DNA from: an uncultured Muribaculaceae bacterium
GTDB taxonomy: Bacteria; Bacteroidota; Bacteroidia; Bacteroidales; Muribaculaceae
Assembly: GCA_944321905.1 (NCBI GenBank)
Contig: CALUNI010000001.1
Location: forward strand, 9,940-73,939
Direction of reading: 5' to 3'
Length of the DNA stretch: 64,000 nt
In this document: in pieces, positions 37,877-45,954 of the stretch
Layout: each line of letters opens with the position of its first letter
Numbering within the stretch: position 1 is the stretch's first letter
Translations under genes and position numbers: made by a program
Notes under the pieces: model-generated
Seen by the model: only the letters and a program-made list of their open reading frames with translations
The model's database searches: none
Told to the model about the DNA's origin: nothing

Positions 37877-39700
37877 TTATTTACTCAGCGAGTCCACTAT
37901 CCGCTCGTTGATAGCCTTTAGCCGCGCTTCATCAAGCTTTACAACCTTGCGGTCATAAGTCATCAGACCATTGACCTCAACTTCTACATCGGTGGTCTGC
38001 GTATATACGGCGGCACTGAAGCCACGCTCAATCAACTTACAAAGCATGTCGGCATATTTCTCATATTCGTCGGTTACTTCCTTAACCGAGTTGAATTGTA
38101 CATACCCCCAGTTACGGTCGGGTTCCCATACGTGTCCTTTAAGCACAAGTCCTATGCCTCCATATTCGCCAAGCACGTTCACACGCTGCGCGTCATACAA
38201 ATACATTTCAGGCCGGGGATAGTTATGCAAGTCAAGGATGTCGCCACAAGTATAATGGTTGCCCCCGCTTGCAGGGTTGATGAGGCGTGTGGGATCGTAA
38301 TTCTTGGTCCATTCTGCTATCTCTTCGGTCTTGAATTGTCCCCAAGCCTCATTAAACGGTACCCACGTGCCTATGCACGGATAGGAATACAAGCAGTCGA
38401 TTATTTCTTTCCATTCCTTGCGATAACAAGCTTCCGACTCGGTTGAGCGTTTTAGTTCCGTCCCGTCGAAATATTTCCTGTTTTGCCATTCCGGGCCTTT
38501 GTCACCGCTTGGCATGTCTTGCCACACGATAATGCCTATGCTGTCGCAATATGCATACCACCGTGCAGGCTCAACCTTTATATGCTTGCGAATCATGTTA
38601 AACCCGAAATCCTTGGTTTTCTGTATGTCATACTTCAACGCTTCGTCGGTGGGCGCAGTATAAAGCCCGTCGGGCCACCAACCCTGGTCGAGCGGGCCGA
38701 ATTGGAAAATCGGCTCATCGTTCAGCTCCATGCGCATAATGCCATTCTCGTCGCGACCCGAAGAAAACTTGCGCATTGCGGCATAGCTTCCAACCTCGTC
38801 AACCACTTTACCATCATTATACAGTCTCACTTTGAGCGTATAAAGCGACGGCGATGCCGGCGACCACAACTTCACGTCGTCAGGCATGGCAATATCGACC
38901 CGTTCGCCGTTCATGCTTCTCCCTTCGGCCACCATCATTTCGCCATCATAAACGGCTACTTCATATATGTCGCTATTATTTACGGCATTGGTATTGACCT
39001 TTACGCTCAACACATTCTTGTCGATGTCGGGAGTCGTCTTCAATCCGGTAATGTAGTGCTTCGGTACAGGTTCAAGCCACACCGTCTGCCATATCCCGGT
39101 CACAGGGGTGTACCATATCCCATTAGGCTTGTTCACCTGCTTGCCGCGAGGCTGATATCCTTCATCGGTAGGATCCCACACTTTCACCTCGACTGTGTTT
39201 TCTGCTTTGCGGTTGATTGCCGCCGTTATGTCAAACGAAAACGGAGTGAACCCGCCGGTGTGGCTTCCCACTTTTACTCCATTTACCCAAACATCGGTTT
39301 TCCAGTCAACAGCGCCAAAGTGCAGTAATATTCTTTTATCAGACTTCCAGTCGTCAGGGATATTGAATACACGGCGATACCATAATTCATTTTTATCGCC
39401 CACTGTTTTACCCACTCCCGACAATGATGATTCTACGACAAACGGCACAAGAATCTGCCCGTCATATTCTACAGAGGAACCCGACTGACCTACCGGCGCA
39501 ATTCTATAATCCCACAACCCGTTAAGGTTAACCCAGTCGGTGCGTTCCATCAACGGGCGCGGATACTCCGGCAGCACAGAATTAACGTCTATCTCGTCGG
39601 CCCATTTTGTCTTTATCCGGTCACCCACAGGAACCCACTGAGCCAATGCCAATGAGGCATGGCAAAATGTCAAGATTAAAGAGAGAAATATTTTCTTCAT
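37877..39700 (-). CDS. glycoside hydrolase family 2 protein
   Basis: 607 aa with a signal peptide. It has a GH2 sugar-binding N-domain (LLHFGAVDWKTDVWVNGVKVGSHTGGFTPFSFDIT) and a TIM-barrel with NMIRKH...VWQDMP and WVPFNEAWG (acid/base NE). Confidence 0.85.
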   Translation of the reverse strand: MKKIFLSLILTFCHASLALAQWVPVGDRIKTKWADEIDVNSVLPEYPRPLMERTDWVNLNGLWDYRIAPVGQSGSSVEYDGQILVPFVVESSLSGVGKTVGDKNELWYRRVFNIPDDWKSDKRILLHFGAVDWKTDVWVNGVKVGSHTGGFTPFSFDITAAINRKAENTVEVKVWDPTDEGYQPRGKQVNKPNGIWYTPVTGIWQTVWLEPVPKHYITGLKTTPDIDKNVLSVKVNTNAVNNSDIYEVAVYDGEMMVAEGRSMNGERVDIAMPDDVKLWSPASPSLYTLKVRLYNDGKVVDEVGSYAAMRKFSSGRDENGIMRMELNDEPIFQFGPLDQGWWPDGLYTAPTDEALKYDIQKTKDFGFNMIRKHIKVEPARWYAYCDSIGIIVWQDMPSGDKGPEWQNRKYFDGTELKRSTESEACYRKEWKEIIDCLYSYPCIGTWVPFNEAWGQFKTEEIAEWTKNYDPTRLINPASGGNHYTCGDILDLHNYPRPEMYLYDAQRVNVLGEYGGIGLVLKGHVWEPDRNWGYVQFNSVKEVTDEYEKYADMLCKLIERGFSAAVYTQTTDVEVEVNGLMTYDRKVVKLDEARLKAINERIVDSLSK

Positions 39701-39776
39701 TAAGGCAAAATTTTATGTTAATTGGTATTTTTATAAATTCCGAACAATCAAAGCAATTATTGCCGCATTTCTATCG

Positions 39777-39784
39777 CAAATTTA
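39777..39784 (-). promoter_or_regulatory. candidate -7 promoter box (TAAATTTG) for the GH2 gene
   Basis: It matches TAnnTTTG on the minus strand, 77 nt upstream of the ATG at 39700. Confidence 0.3.
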
Positions 39785-39901
39785 GGAACTGCATTCCCAA
39801 ATTAATGGTAATTTTCTTCATATAAATTGTGCGATTGTTGCAAAATACGAATGTTGCACATTTCTGGCAAATAATCGCAACCACCACGTGGCACTAACAA
39901 G

Positions 39902-39909
39902 TAAATTTG
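39902..39909 (+). promoter_or_regulatory. candidate -7 promoter box (TAAATTTG) for the GH43/GH clan-A pair
   Basis: It matches TAnnTTTG, 32 nt upstream of the ATG at 39941. Confidence 0.35.
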
Positions 39910-39940
39910 TCAACAATTAATCATAAACCTATAAATTAAC

Positions 39941-41482
39941 ATGAAACGAGTATTATTAGTCGCAACATGCAGTCTGTTGCTATTATACATTCAATCTTGC
40001 AAGACAAGCGGCAACGATGCGACAAACACATTTTCCAATCCTTTAATATTTGCAGATGTCCCCGACGTTGATGTAATCCGTGTTGGCAACGATTACTACA
40101 TGGTGAGTACCACGGCACACATGTCTCCCGGAGCGCCTATCATGCATTCAAAAGACCTGGTGAACTGGAGAATCATAAGCTATGTGTTCGACACCCTTGA
40201 CGAAAGTCCTAAAAACAATCTCGAAGGCGGCAACATCTACAGCCGGGGACAATGGGCATCTTCTTTGCGATATCATGACGAAACATTCTACGTCTTTTTT
40301 GGCACCGGCAACAAGTCATACCTCTATGCCACCAAAGACCCTGCCGGCAAATGGGAGAAAAAATGTGTAATCGACGAATACCTGCACGATGCATCGCTAC
40401 TATTCGATGACAATGGGAAAGTTTATCTCGCCTATGGCGGCAGCCACATAAAAATAGTGGAATTTAATGCCGACTTGTCGGGATTAAATCCAAACGGGCT
40501 GAACACAGAAGTCATATCAGGCGAACCGTCCGGCTTGCTCGAAGGCACCCACTTCTATAAACATGACGGAACATATTATTTATCGCTCATCTGGTGGCCG
40601 GCCGGCGAGATACGCACTCAATTATGTTTCCGTTCCGACAGCATCACAGGCCCGTATGAGAATAAAGTAATCTTGTCTGACGACATGGGCTACGACAATC
40701 ACGGAGTGGCACAAGGATGCTTCATCGACACTCCCGACGGACGTTGGTATGCAATGCTATTCCAAGACCATGAAGCCGTGGGGCGCGTTCCCATATTGAT
40801 GCCATGCCGATGGGTCGATGGCTGGCCTATGCTCGGAGATGCCAGTGGCAATGTGCCTCACTCGATGGAAGTTCCCGTTAAAGGATGTGACCCTGTTGAA
40901 AGCAACATTATCGTTAGCGATGACTTCGACGGGGCGAAGATAGGCCTGTCATGGCAATGGAACCATAATCCCGACAACGAACTGTGGTCCCTATACGAGC
41001 GTCCTGGATACCTCAGATTGAGGACAGGCAAAGTCGTAAACAACATATTTGAAGCCCGCAACACCTTAACACAACGCACAGCAGGGCCACAATGCACCGG
41101 CACCATAGCTATTGAGACAAGCGGCATGAACGATGGCGACCATGCAGGGTTAGCAGCATTCTGCTCCGAACCGGGCACGATAGGCATAGTCAAGGAAGAA
41201 GGGCAAAAATACATTACAATGACCGACCGTGGAAATGAGAAAGGCCGCATAAAAATAGATGCCGACCGCGTTTACTTAAAAATGTTGTGCGATTTCACCA
41301 CCGACGATGCCACATTCTACTACAGCTTAGACGATAAGCAATGGCTGCAATTAGGCGGCAAGTTTCACATGATATTCAGCATGGCACATTTCACCGGCAA
41401 CAAATTTGCCATTTTCAACTATTCGACAGCCTCGGCCGGAGGTTTCGTGGATATCGACTATTTCAAATTCAAACAATTATAA
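39941..41482 (+). CDS. glycoside hydrolase family 43 protein (beta-xylosidase/alpha-L-arabinofuranosidase type) with C-terminal concanavalin-like domain
   Basis: 513 aa with a lipoprotein-type signal (LLLLYIQSC). The GH43 N-terminus reads NPLIFADVPDVDVIRVGNDYYMVSTT, followed by LEGTHFYKHDGTYYL. The C-terminal beta-sandwich contains WQWNHNPD. Confidence 0.88.
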   Translation: MKRVLLVATCSLLLLYIQSCKTSGNDATNTFSNPLIFADVPDVDVIRVGNDYYMVSTTAHMSPGAPIMHSKDLVNWRIISYVFDTLDESPKNNLEGGNIYSRGQWASSLRYHDETFYVFFGTGNKSYLYATKDPAGKWEKKCVIDEYLHDASLLFDDNGKVYLAYGGSHIKIVEFNADLSGLNPNGLNTEVISGEPSGLLEGTHFYKHDGTYYLSLIWWPAGEIRTQLCFRSDSITGPYENKVILSDDMGYDNHGVAQGCFIDTPDGRWYAMLFQDHEAVGRVPILMPCRWVDGWPMLGDASGNVPHSMEVPVKGCDPVESNIIVSDDFDGAKIGLSWQWNHNPDNELWSLYERPGYLRLRTGKVVNNIFEARNTLTQRTAGPQCTGTIAIETSGMNDGDHAGLAAFCSEPGTIGIVKEEGQKYITMTDRGNEKGRIKIDADRVYLKMLCDFTTDDATFYYSLDDKQWLQLGGKFHMIFSMAHFTGNKFAIFNYSTASAGGFVDIDYFKFKQL

Positions 41483-41496
41483 TTTCTTCAAACGCT

Positions 41497-42561
41497 ATGA
41501 ACATAATCAACCGATTTGTAATCGCAATGGTGGCTTTACTGCCATTCATCACGGCTCAAGCACAAAATTCCAATGTGTGGAGCAAGGAAAAAGCTCAAGA
41601 ATGGTATGCAGGCAACAAATGGTTTTGCGGGGTGAACTATATCCCGGCAAATGCCATAAACTACACGGCCATGTGGGACAAAACGAGTTTCTCGCCCGAC
41701 GTGATCGAATCAGAAATGGCTCTCATGAAACAGCTCGGCATGAACTGCGCCAGAGTGGTGCTGCAATATGCCGTATATGAAGATGACCCCGCCTATTTCA
41801 TCGCCACGTTCGATCGCTTCTTGTCGATTTGCGACAAGTATGGGGTAAAAGTAATGCCTTGCTTTTTTGACGACTGCGCATTTGGCGTAAACACCGACCC
41901 AAAGGTGGGCAAGCAGCCCGATCCGCTCGAAGGCTGGTATGCTTGGGCATGGTCTCCATCACCAGGTTACACAATGGTCGTGGACGAACGTACTCACGGC
42001 AAACTCGAAGAATATGTCAAGGACATAATGTCTCGTTTTAAGAACGACAACCGCATATTCGTTTGGGACTTGTATAACGAACCCACCAATACCACTATGC
42101 CCGAACGTAGTTGGCCTCTGCTAAAGAAAGTATTCTCGTGGGCGCGAGAAATCAGTCCGTCGCAGCCCATAACCGCCGGATTATGGAATGGCAACAAGGA
42201 ACTAAACGACTTCTTGGCTGCCAATTCCGACATTATCACTTTCCACTGCTATGCGTCAAAAGAAGAAACCGAGCGTGTAATGAAAGAACACATCTCTCAT
42301 GGACGTCCCGTGATATGTACCGAGTGGATGAACCGAGTGGCCAAATCTTATATCACCGACATAATGCCCATGTTCAAAAAGGCAAACGTGGGATGCATGA
42401 TGTGGGGCTTGGTTAACGGAAAGACTCAAACCCACTTGTGCTGGGGCCATCGCCCGGAAAATCTGCCATACACCGGCGAATGGCAGCACGATATATTTCA
42501 TGGCGACCACTCGCCATATGATCCCAACGAAATAGGCATAATCAAGGAACTCACAAAATAA
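41497..42561 (+). CDS. glycoside hydrolase, clan GH-A TIM-barrel (GH5-like; family uncertain)
   Basis: I chose the ATG at 41497 (MNIINRFVIAMVALLPFITAQA, a signal peptide) because the track's upstream extension overlaps the GH43 gene. The candidate acid/base is WDLYNEP and the candidate nucleophile is ICTEWMN. Confidence 0.6.
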   Translation: MNIINRFVIAMVALLPFITAQAQNSNVWSKEKAQEWYAGNKWFCGVNYIPANAINYTAMWDKTSFSPDVIESEMALMKQLGMNCARVVLQYAVYEDDPAYFIATFDRFLSICDKYGVKVMPCFFDDCAFGVNTDPKVGKQPDPLEGWYAWAWSPSPGYTMVVDERTHGKLEEYVKDIMSRFKNDNRIFVWDLYNEPTNTTMPERSWPLLKKVFSWAREISPSQPITAGLWNGNKELNDFLAANSDIITFHCYASKEETERVMKEHISHGRPVICTEWMNRVAKSYITDIMPMFKKANVGCMMWGLVNGKTQTHLCWGHRPENLPYTGEWQHDIFHGDHSPYDPNEIGIIKELTK

Positions 42562-42584
42562 CTTTATTATAAACAGCGCTCAAA

Positions 42585-42622
42585 AAGGCGGCATGCGATA
42601 ACCAAGAATCACATGCCGCCTT
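42585..42622. terminator. bidirectional hairpin between convergent PUL transcription units
   Basis: AAGGCGGCATG...CATGCCGCCTT forms a perfect 11-bp stem with a 16-nt loop. It is flanked by an A-run upstream and TT downstream, and sits between the stops at 42561 (+) and 42646 (-). Confidence 0.55.
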
Positions 42623-42645
42623 ACCATTTACAAAATGAAACCTAA

Positions 42646-43758
42646 TTATTTTGATGACGGCTTCGGTAACGCCACTCCGCGAGCTATGGGTATCCCAAAT
42701 ACAGGATAGCCATCTTTCCAAGTAAACTTCTGTGCTCGAGGAGAGCGACCTTCGCCTTTAACCTGAGAATCGAATTGAACGTCACGAGCATGATACAATA
42801 TATAGTATTCTGTGCTATCGGGCGACATGAAAAAACTGTTATGCCCCGGCGCATAGACTCCGGCTTCAGCATTCTGGCTGAAAACAGGCTTGTCGGCTTT
42901 TTCCCACGACTTGGGATTTAGCAAGTCGCTATCGCTTTCGGCAGTCAGCAAGCCAAGTTGATAATATGGAGTCCACACGCCGCTTGCCGAATATATTATA
43001 TGAATCAACCGGCCATCGGGACTTGCTAACGGTTGTGGGCCTTCGTTGACATAAATAACCTTGTCAAACGGATTTTGTCCGTTGGCTTCCTTGTAGTTCA
43101 TTTCCCAATCATACTCTGGCTGAGATATTAAAATACGTTGCGAGTCGATGGTCCACGGATTCGACATGCGAGCAATATATATGCACTGCACCTGCTTGTC
43201 GGGATAAACCTGCGGCCAACCCGACCAAGTTATATACAACTCGCCTTTGTTTTCAAATACCGAAGCATCGATACCCCAATTATTATCTTTGTCGGTTTGC
43301 AACCTGCCTTTCATCTCAAACATGCCTTGCATGGGATCGTCATTCGCATTCTCCAAGACATACATCTGATGATAAGGCACAACCCCTTCGGGATCGACAA
43401 TCGACACATATATATACCATTTTCCACCTATGCGATGAATCTCGGGAGCCCAGATACTGTTCATTTTCGAACCGGCCTCGGGGTGCCACACCGTTTTATG
43501 CTCGGCAGAGCGCAGTTCGGTCAAGTCGCTCGTTTTCCACAATTCAAGCCGGTCGCCTACTGTATTCATGTAATAATAGTTACCCTTATAGAACACGCTC
43601 CAAGGGTCGGCCCCGCGATCGAGCAAAGGATTGGCAAACGTTGCAGCTTCCTTACCGGCTCCCGCATCGGCATTTTCATCCGTCTGAGAATTGCCACACG
43701 ATTGCCCGACGAAAAGCAACGACAAGCCTATCAATAAGCTTATATTCTTGATTCTCAT
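42646..43758 (-). CDS. glycoside hydrolase family 43 protein (paralog A)
   Basis: 370 aa with a lipoprotein signal (LLFVGQSC). It has the GH43 five-bladed propeller motifs NPLLDRGADPW, WAPEIH, VNEGPQ and GHNSFF. Confidence 0.8.
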   Translation of the reverse strand: MRIKNISLLIGLSLLFVGQSCGNSQTDENADAGAGKEAATFANPLLDRGADPWSVFYKGNYYYMNTVGDRLELWKTSDLTELRSAEHKTVWHPEAGSKMNSIWAPEIHRIGGKWYIYVSIVDPEGVVPYHQMYVLENANDDPMQGMFEMKGRLQTDKDNNWGIDASVFENKGELYITWSGWPQVYPDKQVQCIYIARMSNPWTIDSQRILISQPEYDWEMNYKEANGQNPFDKVIYVNEGPQPLASPDGRLIHIIYSASGVWTPYYQLGLLTAESDSDLLNPKSWEKADKPVFSQNAEAGVYAPGHNSFFMSPDSTEYYILYHARDVQFDSQVKGEGRSPRAQKFTWKDGYPVFGIPIARGVALPKPSSK

Positions 43759-43793
43759 AAATTGTAAATTAACATTGATACTATCTTTTCAAT

Positions 43794-44903
43794 TCATCTT
43801 GTTCCAGACGGCTTTTTCAATTGAAAGTTTTTAGGTAACGGTTTGCCGAATATCGGGTAACCGTCCTCGCTCCACGTAAACTTCTGCGCACGTGGCGAGC
43901 GCGTGTCGCCTGCGCCCTCGGGGTCAACCTTGGTGTCGCGCGCATGATATAAGATATAATACTCGGTGCTGTCGGGCGACATAAAGAAACTGTTGTGGCC
44001 TGTACCATACACGCCGACCTTCGGATCTTGCTTGAACACAGGTTCGGGCGATTTGCGCCACGACTTAGGGTCGAGCATGTCGGCATCGGTTCGTGCCGTT
44101 AACAATCCGAGTGCATAATATGGAGTCCACACGCCACTTGCCGAATAAGCCACATGTATATATTTACCATCGGGACTTTTCAACGGTTGCGGGCCCTCGT
44201 TCACGTAAATCGTATATGACGGATTCCACCCTTCCTCGTTACGGTTGTGCCGTTCCCATTCGAGTTCGGGTTTGGAAATCAACACGCGTTCCGAGCCAAG
44301 AGTCCACGGATTGGCCATTTCGGCAATATATATGCACTGTGTCTCGGCATCGACGCGGCGTGTCTGCCATCCCGACCACACCATATACAGTTTCCCGTTG
44401 TTTTCAAACAGCGAACCGTCGATGGCCCAATTGTTATCCTTGTCGGTACTTATACGCCCTTTCATTTCAAAACTGCCTTCAAACGGGTCGTCATTGACAT
44501 TCTCAAGCACATAAAGTTGGTGATTGTCGGTATTCCCGTCATCTGCCGCGTAATATATATACCATTTGCCGCCAATGTTGTGTATTTCGGGTGCCCACAA
44601 GTCATGCTTGTTCGAGTCCTCGGAGGGAATCCACACCGTCTTTTTCTCGGCATTGCGAAGGTCGGTTATGTCGCTTGTCCTCCACAGCACTATACTGTCT
44701 TGCATTGTGTGGGTGTAATAATATGTCCCATCGTGAAGAATCGCCCACGGGTCGGGGCCGCGGTCGAGCAAAGGATTTACGTATGTTGAATCCTTCATGG
44801 CCACGTCGGCATCACCCGACGAATTAGAACCCGAACATGAATAGTTGAGAGAAATCATCAAAGAGACAACCACAAATAAATAAATACTTCTCATCTTTAC
44901 CAT
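43794..44903 (-). CDS. glycoside hydrolase family 43 protein (paralog B)
   Basis: I trimmed the start to the ATG at 44903 (MVKMRSIYLF...; an ATG at 44894 is also possible) so that it does not overlap the upstream gene. It is about 60% identical by eye to 42646..43758 and shares the same NPLLDRGPDPW, WAPEIH, VNEGPQ and GHNSFF blocks. Confidence 0.8.
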   Translation of the reverse strand: MVKMRSIYLFVVVSLMISLNYSCSGSNSSGDADVAMKDSTYVNPLLDRGPDPWAILHDGTYYYTHTMQDSIVLWRTSDITDLRNAEKKTVWIPSEDSNKHDLWAPEIHNIGGKWYIYYAADDGNTDNHQLYVLENVNDDPFEGSFEMKGRISTDKDNNWAIDGSLFENNGKLYMVWSGWQTRRVDAETQCIYIAEMANPWTLGSERVLISKPELEWERHNRNEEGWNPSYTIYVNEGPQPLKSPDGKYIHVAYSASGVWTPYYALGLLTARTDADMLDPKSWRKSPEPVFKQDPKVGVYGTGHNSFFMSPDSTEYYILYHARDTKVDPEGAGDTRSPRAQKFTWSEDGYPIFGKPLPKNFQLKKPSGTR

Positions 44904-44923
44904 ATTTTTTAGTTTATTACTTT

Positions 44924-45931
44924 TTACCATCCTCGATATTTCATCATCGGATTTGTCACATTCCACCTAAAATAGGTGAACGCTGTCGACAACGAAACCC
45001 TTTGATAATAAGGCATTTCATAAGAGATGCGCCTGCCATTGGCACATTCTATAATGACGGTCAACGTGTGTGAACGCAATATATGCTTCACGTCGTCGGG
45101 AAACATGAATGTACGCATGTCGGCTTCCCTATCGACAAAATCGCTTTCCACATCATACTCATACGGCTTGCCGTCGGCGACAAAAATCATTTTTTTCATT
45201 CCTAACGGTTCGGCTGCATCAATCTCAATTTCAAAGGCCAGTTGCATATTGTTTTCCTTTGTCCTTTGATTGTAGAACGACAACGCGACCGCCACACCGT
45301 CTGCAAGCACACGGCTTGGAGCTTTCCACTTGAAAAGTTGCACTCCGGGAAAACGTTGCTCCTCTCCCGGATAATGATACAGCGAGTAGGCATCGACCGC
45401 ATCCTTTCCAACCTTCACCAAGTAATCGGGGTCGGAGAAAACCGTCATTGTGTCGGAGTCGAAATCGGCTTTGCCAAAGAAATTTGCACATTGAGATACC
45501 ACAAAGTCCCTTGCCGTGGCATCACTGGCGTTGAAATACAATTTTATGCCGTAAACTACACTATCGCACAGCGAATATTCCACCGCCGAGAAGCGGCTGC
45601 CGTTATACAATTTGCGACGGCCTGTCACAGACATATTACCGGCAACCTTTGCAATGTCCACTTGCGACAAAGCACTAAGACTGTAGCCAAATGGCATGAC
45701 TTCGCGCACTCCCTTATCACCGATGTTCGGGAAATCAAGTATCAAATTATAGTCATCGCAAGCCAACGTTTCCAACAAATTATAACGCAGCGACTCGCCT
45801 ACTGCAGCCTGCACATTATTGACACCGCCGGTAGCATCTATATACCCGGCAACATGCGGCAACCGAGGCTGCTGTGCTGCGAGCAATCCGCAAGCAAGCG
45901 AGAAAATGAATAATAATATAACATGTTTCAT
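44924..45931 (-). CDS. secreted hypothetical protein
   Basis: 335 aa with a signal peptide (LLFIFSLACGLLAAQ). I recognise no motifs. It is tightly packed inside the PUL operon, with 23-nt and 20-nt gaps. Confidence 0.5.
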   Translation of the reverse strand: MKHVILLFIFSLACGLLAAQQPRLPHVAGYIDATGGVNNVQAAVGESLRYNLLETLACDDYNLILDFPNIGDKGVREVMPFGYSLSALSQVDIAKVAGNMSVTGRRKLYNGSRFSAVEYSLCDSVVYGIKLYFNASDATARDFVVSQCANFFGKADFDSDTMTVFSDPDYLVKVGKDAVDAYSLYHYPGEEQRFPGVQLFKWKAPSRVLADGVAVALSFYNQRTKENNMQLAFEIEIDAAEPLGMKKMIFVADGKPYEYDVESDFVDREADMRTFMFPDDVKHILRSHTLTVIIECANGRRISYEMPYYQRVSLSTAFTYFRWNVTNPMMKYRGW

Positions 45932-45954
45932 AGTTTCATATCGTTTTCAAGTGA

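Noticed and set aside
41341-41496. Several supplied ORFs have N-terminal extensions. Examples are 41341 (overlapping the GH43 3' end), the TTG starts at 5154, 14609, 19459 and 58039, the ATG at 6322 and the start at 6652.
   Set aside because: Internal ATG codons give canonical signal peptides or canonical N-terminal motifs and remove overlaps with upstream genes. I trimmed the coordinates accordingly.
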